64,000 nucleotides of DNA, from assembly GCA_029856145.1 (NCBI GenBank), contig JAHQWK010000002.1:1-64000 (forward strand). Reading direction: 5' to 3'. The stretch comes from Promethearchaeia archaeon. GTDB taxonomy: Archaea > Asgardarchaeota > Lokiarchaeia > Sigyniarchaeales > SOKP01. The position numbers and the translations under genes are program-made. The notes below the pieces were generated by a model. It was not told the origin of the DNA, did no database searches, and saw only the letters and a program-made list of their open reading frames with translations. This document shows, piece after piece, positions 29,466 through 40,003 of the stretch (its first letter is position 1; each line of letters starts with the position of its first letter).

Positions 29466-30299
29466 TTAATTTTTAATGGGCGTTAATTGTATAATTTTAC
29501 ATTCGCTTGTAATAAAATGTTTAAACAAATGTTCATATCCTACAATTTGTTTTGGGGTACCATTTTCTAGCCATAATCCTGAAGTATATTCAGGTGCCTC
29601 TCTAACACTATCTAATGTTGTAAGTAAAAATTCATTATCTGTTATTAATAATCCAAAAGGTATAACGTTATCTCCTTCAATTGAATGAATATTTATTGAA
29701 ATCTTCAGTAATTTTTTAATTTCTTCTTTTAAAAGTTCATTATATTTTAAAGCAATTACAATTTGAATGTCGGAAGAGAATTTCTTGTTCCAAAGTTCTT
29801 TTAGTACCCAATCATATCCTCCTAATTCTTGCATAAGCAAATCAGGTGTGATAATAAAGAAAACTCTTTCATTAGCAGAACTTATTAATTCTTTAACTTT
29901 TTTCCGAATTTTCGAACGAGAATTTATTGACCAAACTCTTGGTTCTGATTCTTCTTTGTCGATTTTCAATTCGCTAATTATTTTTTCTAATATTAAAGTA
30001 TCCTCAATCTTTGCTTTATATTCTTCACGGATTACCTTAAAGATTCTTTCTATCGGAATTACTTGATAATTAGCTCCTCTTTTAATTGGTTCTTTTTGAA
30101 TAAAACCTTTTTCTATTAACCTGTTTAATGAATCATACACTCTTGCTCGATCAACGCCTGAATATTTAGCAATATCGGCAGGACTTAGGATCTTGAACTT
30201 ACACAATGTAAGTAAGACTTTAGAATCGTTTTTAGTAAATCCTAATGTCTGAAGAGCTACCTCAATTTCAGATTCATCTAACTTTTTCGCGTTCGACAT
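29466..30299 (-). CDS. TrmB-family transcriptional regulator
   Basis: LGFT.NDSKV, SPADIAKYSGVDRARVYDSLNRL; C-terminal effector-type domain. Confidence 0.9.
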   Translation of the reverse strand: MSNAKKLDESEIEVALQTLGFTKNDSKVLLTLCKFKILSPADIAKYSGVDRARVYDSLNRLIEKGFIQKEPIKRGANYQVIPIERIFKVIREEYKAKIEDTLILEKIISELKIDKEESEPRVWSINSRSKIRKKVKELISSANERVFFIITPDLLMQELGGYDWVLKELWNKKFSSDIQIVIALKYNELLKEEIKKLLKISINIHSIEGDNVIPFGLLITDNEFLLTTLDSVREAPEYTSGLWLENGTPKQIVGYEHLFKHFITSECKIIQLTPIKN

Positions 30300-30921
30300 A
30301 AATAGTTAAAAACTAAAGATCAAATCTAATAATTTTTTTTTTAATACTCTAATTCAACATTTACTATTTTAATTTTTATATTTGAAAAAATCATGAAACT
30401 ACAATGTTTTAAGTTTTGATGATTCCAAACTATTAATATTTCTTTATAAAATGTTTATATCTTTATAAAAGATTAAAAAAATTGATCTACTTTAATTTTT
30501 CATAGAAATCCTTATCGATATATTTAACAATAGTGAAAATAAAGAAAAATTAGAATTCAAGGCTTTACGAGGTCAAATTTATAATTTTTTTAATTCTCAA
30601 TTCATTAAAATTTTAACACAATTTAATTAGTGATTAATAAATTATCAACTGGATCAATTGGATTACTAATAATAGTAAAAATTCAAAAAATAAAGAAACC
30701 ACGGCTTTATTTAATAAAAATTAAAATTCGTTTTTAGTCGGAAAAATTAATATCAAATTAATAAAACGATCTCATTTTCGATTCAATATGATCTCTTATT
30801 GCTCTTTCATAATAATATTGATTCCAATCATAACATTTATATAATAGAAATGTGTAGTTATACATAATTAACATCTAAAAAATAAACTAAAATAAACTAA
30901 ATAAATAGTGGAGGAATAAAT

Positions 30922-31155
30922 ATGGCTAAAAAGAAAGCACCTGCTAAGAAATCTGAAGGATATATTGCTAAGGCTCCAATAAGACGTTTAATGAAAAAAG
31001 AGGGAGCAGATCTCGTAGCAGCAGAAGCTTTAGATAAGTTAATTGACTTCCTTGAAAAGAGCGCAGCAGCAGCAACTAAAGATGCTATTAAAGTTTGTAA
31101 AGCTGATAAACGTAAACGAGTAACGGCAGCCGATATTCGAGATGCTACAAGATAA
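30922..31155 (+). CDS. Archaeal histone with a Lys-rich N-terminal tail
   Basis: APIRRLMK..GA..V...A and RK.V.A.DI histone fold; MAKKKAPAKKSEG tail; GGAGG RBS. Confidence 0.93.
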   Translation: MAKKKAPAKKSEGYIAKAPIRRLMKKEGADLVAAEALDKLIDFLEKSAAAATKDAIKVCKADKRKRVTAADIRDATR

Positions 31156-31210
31156 ACGCTTCAGATTTATATAATTAAGAAATTTTTTTTCCTTTTTATT
31201 TTGTTTAATG

Positions 31211-31741
31211 TTAATAATTCTCAAAAAATTCTTTAGTTAGATATTTACTAATATTCCTTTCTAACTTCTTTTTAACAGCATCTAATCCTTCGGGTAATAC
31301 ACGTGTTTCGCCCACTATATCTATGAATCCAAGTTCCGAACCGTATCTTGGTACTATGTGAAAATGTAAATGCTCAATACTACCTCCCGCATCTCTCCCT
31401 TGATTTATACCTATGTTATACCCTTTAGGATTGTATAAATCATTTATTAATAATTGTAATCCTTGAATCGTGCGAAATATATGGAGAATCTCAGATCTGG
31501 CAAGATCGAGGATTCTTGTTTTATGTTGTGAGGTAGCAACCATTAGATGGGCAGGGTTATACGGATAAAGGTTAAGAACTACAAAACAAATGTCATCTTC
31601 ATAAATTTTTAGGGATGTAACTCTATCATCATTATCCCTCACAGCACAAAGAATGCAATCCACATTTGGTCTTGCTTTTCCTTGAACATATTCTATTTTT
31701 CCAAGTGCTTGTAGCCATTTTTTAAAAATTCTTTTCACCAC
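31211..31741 (-). CDS. HIT-family hydrolase
   Basis: CILC, LNLYPYNPAH, GYNIGINQGRDAGGSIEHLHFHIVPR. Confidence 0.93.
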   Translation of the reverse strand: MVKRIFKKWLQALGKIEYVQGKARPNVDCILCAVRDNDDRVTSLKIYEDDICFVVLNLYPYNPAHLMVATSQHKTRILDLARSEILHIFRTIQGLQLLINDLYNPKGYNIGINQGRDAGGSIEHLHFHIVPRYGSELGFIDIVGETRVLPEGLDAVKKKLERNISKYLTKEFFENY

Positions 31742-31758
31742 TAGATTTAAAATTGAAA

Positions 31759-32307
31759 TTATGAATAGAGAGAAAAGTTAGAGTCGGAATCGAATTCTTT
31801 AGATTTCAAAAAGTCTTCTGGTTTTATTTTACCAGCACAATATTCTGATAATATAATGTTACTGTAAGCGGCGCAATTAAAAACCTTTCGAACGGTTTTG
31901 AAAAAAGAATTCTTAGAAAATTTTTCATTGCTATCAAGAAAATATTGATCTATTATTTCAAACCTGTGATTTTTTATATCTATTCGAAAAAAAACATCTC
32001 TTAAAAGAAAGGATTTTCTTAAATCCATGAAAAAATTCATTTTTTTATTTTTTTCTAAAGAATCTAAAGCTTTTATATGTGGATCTGAGATTTGAATGCC
32101 TAAACTCATAATAATTAAATTTTTATTTTTAGGTCGAAAAACTACCATATTTCTACCAACTTGTCGTCCTAATGGATCTTTTCCAGGAGGGAAAATAAAT
32201 CGAAACCCAAACTCTACTTTAGGATCTGTTATCTTTTCTCGTAATAATCCTTCATCTAACAAATAATCATGGATTAAATGTTTGATTTTACTCTCTTTGC
32301 TCGACAT
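31759..32307 (-). CDS. Hypothetical protein (DUF2299-like)
   Basis: 182-aa ORF; pattern recalled from the archaeal DUF2299 family, not verified. Confidence 0.55.
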   Translation of the reverse strand: MSSKESKIKHLIHDYLLDEGLLREKITDPKVEFGFRFIFPPGKDPLGRQVGRNMVVFRPKNKNLIIMSLGIQISDPHIKALDSLEKNKKMNFFMDLRKSFLLRDVFFRIDIKNHRFEIIDQYFLDSNEKFSKNSFFKTVRKVFNCAAYSNIILSEYCAGKIKPEDFLKSKEFDSDSNFSLYS

Positions 32308-32403
32308 TATAATTCAGTAATGTTAAAAATGAAGTGAATTTTATATTTTTTTTCTAAAATAATATATGTTTCTGCTTTTATCAAGTCAAGAAACAAGTGA
32401 AAA

Positions 32404-32757
32404 TTAATATTTTCCCTTCGGTCTAGGTTGAGGTTCAATTCCAGCGGATTTTAATACTTTAATATTACTTTCCAGATCTTCAATAGGAGTACAATATATC
32501 ACTTGAAGAGAATCTAAGTCGACATAGATCTTGCCAACAATACCTAACCCCTTTAGTTGGTTATCCTTATCAACAAAAGTATGATCTATATTCATTTTAA
32601 TCGCTTTCTTACCTCCTTCAAGTTCCACTAAAGAGGGTTGACAAGCAGTAAAACCAGGCCCTCGATTTTGAAGTAAATAATTCATTAAAGCAAAATCTAA
32701 TTCATCATTGATTTCTCCTTTCTCTTGAATGATTTTAATTATACTTGGATCTTGCAT
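32404..32757 (-). CDS. Hypothetical protein
   Basis: 117-aa ORF in a co-directional run. Confidence 0.7.
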   Translation of the reverse strand: MQDPSIIKIIQEKGEINDELDFALMNYLLQNRGPGFTACQPSLVELEGGKKAIKMNIDHTFVDKDNQLKGLGIVGKIYVDLDSLQVIYCTPIEDLESNIKVLKSAGIEPQPRPKGKY

Positions 32758-32855
32758 CTCAAAAAAATATATCTTATTTAGTTTAAAATGAGTAGAACTA
32801 GTTTTTATTTTTTTGGTTAACCCAATAAAAAAAAAAATATGGAAAAAAGATTTAA

Positions 32856-33110
32856 TTAATCTCTTTCTTCACAAATAACCTCGTCTACACTGTGCAAAGC
32901 GCAATTATTCATTCCAAGTGTTTCAGTTACGTCCTCAAGAGAGAGATTATTCCCCTCAATGTGAATATGTAAAGAAGCTGTTTTTTGATCTAATTCATCT
33001 ACTTTAACACTAACTCTTAATACTCCAGTAACTTTCATTAATTCTTTAGCCACAATATATGAATTGGGTTGATGAGGTTTGAGAACATCCAAAAGAAATT
33101 CTACTTTCAT
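32856..33110 (-). CDS. DUF211-family protein
   Basis: LDVLKPH.P and LHSVDEV motifs. Confidence 0.8.
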   Translation of the reverse strand: MKVEFLLDVLKPHQPNSYIVAKELMKVTGVLRVSVKVDELDQKTASLHIHIEGNNLSLEDVTETLGMNNCALHSVDEVICEERD

Positions 33111-33185
33111 TATTTTATTTTAAACCCTTGTATGTAATTATATAATAATAGATTTATTGATTATTTTATTAATTTTTTTTTTAAT

Positions 33186-33875
33186 TTATAAAAGTTTCTC
33201 AATTTCTTCAATTAATTTTAGTGGTATTTCATTTTCTTTAATTATTGTATCTGCCATTTGAAGTGTTTCAACTTTTGCTAATTTTGTGTGTGTAGCTATA
33301 GATTGAGCCCCTACATTGATAGCTGCTTCAATGTCTCGGAGATTATCTCCAATTACTAAAATTTCATCTGGTTTTACATTTAACAGTTTACAGATATGAG
33401 TTAAATGATCCGGATGAGGTTTTAGATTCGTTACATTATCTCTTCCTAGAATTATGTTGAAATAACGTAATAAATTCACATTTTTGAGAGAAATTTCCGC
33501 ATTTTTTTTTGTATTAAAAGTAAAAATAGCTTGTTTTAGATCTTTATTTTTGGCAAATTCTAATACTTGATCTATTCCATTAATCATTGTAGCATTTATT
33601 GCAGCTTCATATTCTATTTTATTAATCTCATTATCTACTTCTTCTATTATTTCATTTATTCTATCCTTAGAGAAACCTTCTTTTTCAAAAAATTCTTTAG
33701 CAAATTTCATATTTTCTAAAATAGAAATTCTTACTGTAAGAAGAGGTTTAGGAACTCCAAATTTTTTTAAGATTTCTATAGCTATTTTCCGCGCTCTTAG
33801 ATAGTCAATTTTAAAATGAATGAGTGTACCATCTAAATCCCAGACAATTGCTTTAATAGGGTTTTTTTTCTGCAT
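33186..33875 (-). CDS. HAD hydrolase (phosphoglycolate phosphatase-like)
   Basis: WDLDGTL, KPHP, IGDN..DIEAA. Confidence 0.88.
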   Translation of the reverse strand: MQKKNPIKAIVWDLDGTLIHFKIDYLRARKIAIEILKKFGVPKPLLTVRISILENMKFAKEFFEKEGFSKDRINEIIEEVDNEINKIEYEAAINATMINGIDQVLEFAKNKDLKQAIFTFNTKKNAEISLKNVNLLRYFNIILGRDNVTNLKPHPDHLTHICKLLNVKPDEILVIGDNLRDIEAAINVGAQSIATHTKLAKVETLQMADTIIKENEIPLKLIEEIEKLL

Positions 33876-34448
33876 TTAATATACCAAATCAGAATAGATT
33901 GGTCCCTTTGGTGTTAATTGAGATTTTTTCAGTTTCACTTGATTAATATTAAAATCTCCAAACTCCAAATCTCTATTTTCATTAATTAAATTCTTAAGTG
34001 TGTCAAATGTTTTATAATTTATTTTACCTTTTTTAAGTCTTCCAATAGTTAAATGAGGTTTGAATTTAGTTCTTTTATCGCGTTCTATTTTTAATTTATC
34101 AAATAGGAAATCTTCAGTAGAATCTTTAATATTCTGTAAGAATTGAATATTACCTATAAGTTTTATCCATAGAACTGAAAACCTATTAAATTGACCAACA
34201 CCTTTCAAATGATATTTTAAAGTTTTCCCCTGAAACAGTTTTTCATTAATTTCTTTTTGCAATATCGCATAAATTTTTGGTGCTAAAGGTTCAGGTATAT
34301 TTCCTAAAAACTTCATCGTAATATGAAGATTTTCTGGTTCTACAATCTTAATCTTAGGTTGATTTTGCTTTAATCTTTGAGAAAATGTGTTAATTTTCTC
34401 AATAGTTTCTTTATCTTTTAATTCAATAGCTATAAATGATCTTAACAT
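33876..34448 (-). CDS. thpR: RNA 2',3'-cyclic phosphodiesterase (2H family)
   Basis: RSFIAI, NLHITMKFLG, PHLTIGR, LTPKGPIY; ATG at 34448 overlaps the upstream gene end. Confidence 0.92.
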   Translation of the reverse strand: MLRSFIAIELKDKETIEKINTFSQRLKQNQPKIKIVEPENLHITMKFLGNIPEPLAPKIYAILQKEINEKLFQGKTLKYHLKGVGQFNRFSVLWIKLIGNIQFLQNIKDSTEDFLFDKLKIERDKRTKFKPHLTIGRLKKGKINYKTFDTLKNLINENRDLEFGDFNINQVKLKKSQLTPKGPIYSDLVY

Positions 34449-35584
34449 TTTTTTCCCCAATACTTATAAATTCTCCATTTTTTTTCTGTTAATTGGTTTT
34501 TATGTTCATGGATAATATGAATTTCTTTTAAATCTTCTATAGAAGAAGATTTTATAATTTTAATTATATCTTTTAAAAAAAGTATATTCATTTTAGCTCG
34601 TGTATTTGCGTCAGATGAGGCATTATGTGGAATTAAAATCATTCTTATATTTGGTTGAGCAATTTTTATCTTTTTCAATCTTGCAAGAGTTTTAGAATCG
34701 ATAGGTTCTATGGGAAAAACATCAAAAGCGATATTTATTTGAATTTCTTTATTTTCTAACATATTTACTAGATTTTCTAAATCCAAAACACCCCCCCGCG
34801 CTGTATTTATAAGTAAAGAATCCTTTTTCATTAACTTTAGTAAGTTTTTATCTACTAAATTTTCAGTATGGCCATTTAAAGGCACATGTATACTAATGAT
34901 ATCTGATTTCCTAAAAATATCCTCAATATTTTCTCTAAATTCGATTAATGGATAGTCTTTCTCAAAGTCTTTCATTTGTCTAATATCATAATAAAGGATT
35001 TTAACACCCCAGGGAGATAATCTTTTTACTACACCCTTTCCGATTTCACCCAATCCTATTATACCGAGTGTTTTGTCTGTAATTATGGAAGAAAGAGATT
35101 GATCTAAATCCCATTTATCATTGGGAGTCCATTTTTCATTCCATACATAATTATGAAGATCAAGTAAATTCCTTAAATTAGCCATAATTAGAGCAACAGT
35201 ATAATCTGCTACCGTCTCATGAAGAACACCCGGAGTATGGGTAATCAAAATATCATCTTCTTCAACTCTTTGGATATGATTGTATCCTGCTGTTGATGTG
35301 GAAACAACAAAAATATTAGAATTTTTTAAAACGTCTGAAGATATGATGTGACTTAAATGGCATCCAAGAATATCTGGATTAAAATTCTCAACTTCTTTTT
35401 TAATTTGAGCCTCTGATGGAAATCTACCGTTAAAAATATTTACTTCTGAAATCTTATCTAATTGTTGCCATAAATTTATAATTTTTTTACGTAGATTTTC
35501 AGAGATTTTTTCATTTGAGCCAATCTCCTTATCTGAAAAGACATTGGAGGTGAAATATATTTTTGGTCTATAAGTCATATGCAT
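34442..35584 (-). CDS. D-isomer-specific 2-hydroxyacid dehydrogenase (glyoxylate reductase-like)
   Basis: GYNHI, HTPGVL.ETVAD, GIIGLGEIG, HVPL, INTARG, DVFPIEP, PHNAS. Confidence 0.9.
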   Translation of the reverse strand: MHMTYRPKIYFTSNVFSDKEIGSNEKISENLRKKIINLWQQLDKISEVNIFNGRFPSEAQIKKEVENFNPDILGCHLSHIISSDVLKNSNIFVVSTSTAGYNHIQRVEEDDILITHTPGVLHETVADYTVALIMANLRNLLDLHNYVWNEKWTPNDKWDLDQSLSSIITDKTLGIIGLGEIGKGVVKRLSPWGVKILYYDIRQMKDFEKDYPLIEFRENIEDIFRKSDIISIHVPLNGHTENLVDKNLLKLMKKDSLLINTARGGVLDLENLVNMLENKEIQINIAFDVFPIEPIDSKTLARLKKIKIAQPNIRMILIPHNASSDANTRAKMNILFLKDIIKIIKSSSIEDLKEIHIIHEHKNQLTEKKWRIYKYWGKKC

Positions 35585-35705
35585 ATCCCGTATTATTGAC
35601 TATTTGAATTATTTGATTATTTGAGAATATTTGTATTTTTGTTATTCTTAATATTTATTAAAATTAAATTTAATTTATAATTAAAAACTATAGTAGTGGT
35701 AGAAA

Positions 35706-35861
35706 ATGGCTAAAGTAAAATGTCAACAATGCAAAAAAGAAATAATTGGCAGGGCCAAATTACAAGAGTTTGACCCAATCGAGCCTAAGACCATGCACGT
35801 TTTCTGTTCCGCATTTTATAGAGAAAAATGGATTTCTGCTCAAGAAAAGAAGAAAAAATAA
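35706..35861 (+). CDS. Small treble-clef/TRASH-like Zn-finger protein, 51 aa, not in ORF track
   Basis: Hand translation MAKVKCQQCKKEIIGRAKLQEFDPIEPKTMHVFCSAFYREKWISAQEKKKK. Confidence 0.7.
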   Translation: MAKVKCQQCKKEIIGRAKLQEFDPIEPKTMHVFCSAFYREKWISAQEKKKK

Positions 35862-35875
35862 AATATTCCCTTATA

Positions 35876-36838
35876 TTACCTTTCAATTTTCCCTGGAAGG
35901 TAGAAATCATATTTTTTGCGAAATACTTTAGTTTTTAGATATCTATCAAATTTTCTAACATTTTGAAAAATTACCCACATATTTGCATCGCTTTTATAAT
36001 ATTTTTGAACTTCTGTTAAAGTTATTGGGTCAATCTCAAATTCATTCGCTTCTTCTTTAAAAAATTTATTAACGAGTCGAATTAAGTTAGGAATTAACTC
36101 AGACTTTTGCTCTTTAAAAAAATTCGCTACTAAATCAATTGTGACTTTTCTCCAATCGTAATATCGGGCTATTGTTTCTTCTAAAAAAAGAGCTTTTAAA
36201 AGCCATCTTAAAAATGAAGGGGCACTCTTTAGAAAAAGTTCTGCCTCCATAGCTTCTTTCCCATTCATGCGAAACATCGGAGTACTTGTATCTAAATAAT
36301 ATAGTTTGGAATCATCGTTAACTTTTGGCTTATTTGAATCATAATCAATTAATGCAAAATTAGAAATTTGCCCATCAAGTCCTAAATCGATGATTTTATT
36401 CTTTCGACTATAATTCCAAACTTTATACATCTCTTTCATAGCAAGGAGAACCAATGTTTCTACTTCTTTGCTGCTAACCTTATGAATTATTTTATTACCT
36501 ACTGAATCAGGATTAATTTTCTCCTGAACACAATAAAACTGAATTTTTTCGTTTTCATCTTTAAACCAAGCAGTATCAAAATGAGGTAGGTTTAACCCAA
36601 TTTCTTCCATTAAAATTCTATTATATTCATTAAACGCCCATATATGTCTTTTTACCTGATTTTCATTATCAAAAATAGGGATTCTTTTATAAGCTAAACG
36701 TTGAGGATCATCTGACAATTCAAAAACCAAACTTATTTCTCCATAACCTAGAATTTTGATAGGGACTTTCCCTCCTTCGGGGTTAACCGTATCAATTGTA
36801 CGTTCTAATTCTTTTAATAATTCTAAATTCACTTTCAT
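35876..36838 (-). CDS. Hypothetical protein (DUF6206-like, possibly kinase-like fold)
   Basis: LGYGEIS, AYKR, GLDGQISN, YLDTSTP motifs. Confidence 0.6.
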   Translation of the reverse strand: MKVNLELLKELERTIDTVNPEGGKVPIKILGYGEISLVFELSDDPQRLAYKRIPIFDNENQVKRHIWAFNEYNRILMEEIGLNLPHFDTAWFKDENEKIQFYCVQEKINPDSVGNKIIHKVSSKEVETLVLLAMKEMYKVWNYSRKNKIIDLGLDGQISNFALIDYDSNKPKVNDDSKLYYLDTSTPMFRMNGKEAMEAELFLKSAPSFLRWLLKALFLEETIARYYDWRKVTIDLVANFFKEQKSELIPNLIRLVNKFFKEEANEFEIDPITLTEVQKYYKSDANMWVIFQNVRKFDRYLKTKVFRKKYDFYLPGKIER

Positions 36839-37017
36839 AAAAAATCAATTTCAAAACTAGGAATATACCTTAATCTTAATTTAACATTAATGTTATTTAT
36901 AAGTATAAAATTTATTCATTTCATTTTCTTTATTGAATTATTTATAACGCACTAAATAATTTTCCATATTTTAATTCAAAATATATAAATATTCAATTGA
37001 AGGTTATATTATTTAGT

Positions 37018-37428
37018 ATGTCAATTTCATCAAAAACTATAAATGTAATCCTTCTCAGTGGTGTAGTTCTTTTTTTTATTGGAACCTTTTCAATTATTTT
37101 TTATTTCATAATGTGTTTTGTAATTGAGATAATTATATCTGCTTTATATTCTATTATTGGATGGTTATTATTTGCTATTGGAGGATTTTTTATTTTAATA
37201 ACACCAAGGAAGTATTACCATACTATAAAAAGGGGGAATAAGAGACCCTTGGAAATAGAATTACTTATTATAGGTTTATGTGGATTAATATTAGGTACTT
37301 TTATATCTATAGCGGTTGATATTTATATTTATAGAAATGATGGGGTATTTCCCTTTCGAACATTATTATTTTTTACTGCTGGTTTTGTAGGATTTATTAT
37401 AGTAAAAATAATACGGAAAAAAAGGTAG
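37018..37428 (+). CDS. Small 4-TM membrane protein
   Basis: Four hydrophobic spans and a basic C-terminus; ATG at 37018 (ORF track starts at TTG 36997). Confidence 0.6.
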   Translation: MSISSKTINVILLSGVVLFFIGTFSIIFYFIMCFVIEIIISALYSIIGWLLFAIGGFFILITPRKYYHTIKRGNKRPLEIELLIIGLCGLILGTFISIAVDIYIYRNDGVFPFRTLLFFTAGFVGFIIVKIIRKKR

Positions 37429-37616
37429 TAGATGAAATTATTTATTGCGTTATAAATAATAATAAAGAAATATGCATAAGTTAAGGGATTTCAATTCAAT
37501 TAGTAAATGCCAATATCCATCAGAGGATTTGAGAGAGAAGGAGTAAAATTATTTATATGTTAAAATATAAAATTTAAATAGTTTAGATTTTAGAAATTTA
37601 AAGTGGATTAAATTAT

Positions 37617-38432
37617 ATGGCTCGTCCTTTATGGTTTGTAAAATTAATTAAAAAATCCTTTCCAAATATTAAATTCATTGCCAAATTGACAAATTTACCT
37701 ATTTTGGGCACTTTATTTGATCTTCTCCTTTTTAAGGGTGATGATATAATTTATCTACCTCAAGATAAAGTTATTGAGGTTAACAGACCCTTAGGAGAAT
37801 TTCATGAATACGTTTTGCCATCTCAAGTCTTGGAATATTTTATTGAAAAAGCTAAACACCATTGGATCATGAACTTTTGTATTTGTAGATCCAGTATGAA
37901 ATGTCAAGATTATCCCATCGATTTAGGGTGCCTTTTTCTTGGAGATGCGGTTTTAGATATCAATCCACAATTAGGAAAATTGGTTTCTAAAAAGCAAGCT
38001 TTAGAACATTTAAAAAAATGTAGAGATGCTGGATTAGTTCATATGACAGGCAGAAATAAATTAGATGCACAATGGCTCGGGGTTAATCCTGGAGATAAAC
38101 TCTTGAGCATTTGTAATTGTGATCCATGTTGCTGTTTATGGCGTATAGCTCCAATTGTAGCCCCAAAAATTGGATCTAAAGTTAAAATAATGCCTGGGAT
38201 AAAAATTCAGGTTACTGATAAGTGTATAGGATGTGGGACATGTACAAAGGGAGTATGTTTTGTAAACGCTATAGAATTAATAAATGAACATGCGGTTATA
38301 AGCCAAGAATGTAGAGGCTGTGGTCGATGTGTTGATATATGCCCACAAAAAGCAATAAAAATAACAGTCGAAGATGAAAATTATGTTAAAAAGACAATTA
38401 AGGAAATTGGGAATCTAATAGATGTGACTTAA
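37617..38432 (+). CDS. 4Fe-4S ferredoxin-domain protein
   Basis: CICR, ICNCDPCCC, CIGCGTC...C, CRGCGRCVDICP. Confidence 0.88.
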   Translation: MARPLWFVKLIKKSFPNIKFIAKLTNLPILGTLFDLLLFKGDDIIYLPQDKVIEVNRPLGEFHEYVLPSQVLEYFIEKAKHHWIMNFCICRSSMKCQDYPIDLGCLFLGDAVLDINPQLGKLVSKKQALEHLKKCRDAGLVHMTGRNKLDAQWLGVNPGDKLLSICNCDPCCCLWRIAPIVAPKIGSKVKIMPGIKIQVTDKCIGCGTCTKGVCFVNAIELINEHAVISQECRGCGRCVDICPQKAIKITVEDENYVKKTIKEIGNLIDVT

Positions 38433-38442
38433 TTTTCAAAGC

Positions 38443-39900
38443 TTAAGTTTTTTTTTCCCAGAAGTAGTTTTTTAATTTCAAATTGTCTACTCGAGTTCTC
38501 TCTTTTAACGCAGATACCGCTTGAACTGCTTCTTTAATTGAGTGAAAAACAGGAATGTTACTTAATTCAAGAGATTCAATGATTAAGGAATACTTCTCAA
38601 CATAAGGAACAAAACATACTAATGGCTTGTTTTTATAAGAGATAATATTAGCAATTCTTCTACCAATTTGAAATGAGATATTTGGGGGATATGGGAGTAA
38701 GAGTAATATGATGCACTCAATTCTATCTAAATCTGATAAGTATCGAATTATATTTTCAATATCAGTATCTAATACTGAACCAGTTAAATCAATAGGATTA
38801 TTAAACGATGCTATTTCTCTAGCAACTGGATTCATAAGTTCTTTCAAATCTCTTTTTTCTTGATGTGAAAATCGTACAGCGCTTAATCCATATTTTCTTA
38901 GCATGTCCGATGCTAATACAGCATGCCCTCCAGAAACAGATACTATTGCGACATCGCCATGAATTATAACATTCTCTCCAAACGGATTTCTTTTTTGCGA
39001 TAAGACATCAAATACTTTTAAACTTGTCAATAACTCTCTTTCAGATTGGGGTTGAACAATATAATGTTGTCTTAAAGCATCATAAATAAGTTTATAATCA
39101 CCTGCTAAACTTGCTGTATGTGATTGTGTAGCAACTTTTCCTTCTCGCGTTTTTCCCCCAAAAAATACTATTACTGTATCATCTGACTCTTTTGCTAATT
39201 GCAAGAATTTTCTTGCTCTACCTTCTTTGAAACCTTCTAAATAAAATGCAATATTTGATGTTTCAGGATCTACTTGACTGAAGTATTCTAATAACATAGC
39301 TTCATCAACAACAGCACGATTACCTATAGAAACTGCAGTTGATACGCCGATGTTTCTCTCGAAGAATTTATTGAAGAATTGATCGACGAGCACGCCCCCT
39401 GATTGACTAATTAATGCTACAGAACCTTTTGGAGGTCGTGTGATACGTTCTGTGGGCAGAAAGATAGTATCGACTATTGGTGGAGCGTAAACTCCTAGAC
39501 AATTTGGTCCTAATACTGCAATATCGTTTTCAAATGCAATCTTCTCAAGTTCTTCTTGTCTCTTCTTCCCTTTACCACCAATTTCTGCAAATCCCCCTCC
39601 AATGATAACAGCTGCAGGGATCTTTAAATCAGCACAATCTTCAATATAGCCTAAAGTATCATCAGGTCCTACTGCTACCACGAGTAGATCTGGGATTTGT
39701 GGTAATTTATCTAATCGTTCATATAATTGAATTCCTTCAATATTTCCACCATTTGGATAAATTCCATATACTTTTACGTCCAATTCAAACTCGTTTTTTA
39801 ATAACACAATTCTTCCAGGACTTAAAGGGTTTTTCTTACTGATACCTACTACAGCCATTGATTTGGGTTTAAAAAGTCTTTCTAAATCCATCTTAAACAA
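38443..39900 (-). CDS. ADP-forming acyl-CoA synthetase alpha subunit
   Basis: LF.PKS.AVVG, GGFAE, GPNCLG, SQSGG, SHTASLAG (phospho-His), NPIDLTG. Confidence 0.9.
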   Translation of the reverse strand: MFKMDLERLFKPKSMAVVGISKKNPLSPGRIVLLKNEFELDVKVYGIYPNGGNIEGIQLYERLDKLPQIPDLLVVAVGPDDTLGYIEDCADLKIPAAVIIGGGFAEIGGKGKKRQEELEKIAFENDIAVLGPNCLGVYAPPIVDTIFLPTERITRPPKGSVALISQSGGVLVDQFFNKFFERNIGVSTAVSIGNRAVVDEAMLLEYFSQVDPETSNIAFYLEGFKEGRARKFLQLAKESDDTVIVFFGGKTREGKVATQSHTASLAGDYKLIYDALRQHYIVQPQSERELLTSLKVFDVLSQKRNPFGENVIIHGDVAIVSVSGGHAVLASDMLRKYGLSAVRFSHQEKRDLKELMNPVAREIASFNNPIDLTGSVLDTDIENIIRYLSDLDRIECIILLLLPYPPNISFQIGRRIANIISYKNKPLVCFVPYVEKYSLIIESLELSNIPVFHSIKEAVQAVSALKERTRVDNLKLKNYFWEKKT

Positions 39901-40003
39901 AACGTAAATATTAGGTATATAAGTTTAAGATTCTAAAATATTTATTTTTGCCCTAAATTAGAATTCAACAAAGAAAGATTTTATAATTTAAAAAAATGGA
40001 AAT

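Noticed and set aside
30881-30907. AATAAACTAA tandem copies upstream of the histone gene
   Set aside because: Only about 2.5 low-complexity units with no spacers; not a CRISPR array and no supportable function
35746-35931. 61-aa ORF from the track
   Set aside because: TTG start, overlaps the convergent gene, and a better ATG-started Zn-finger frame (35706-35861) covers the region
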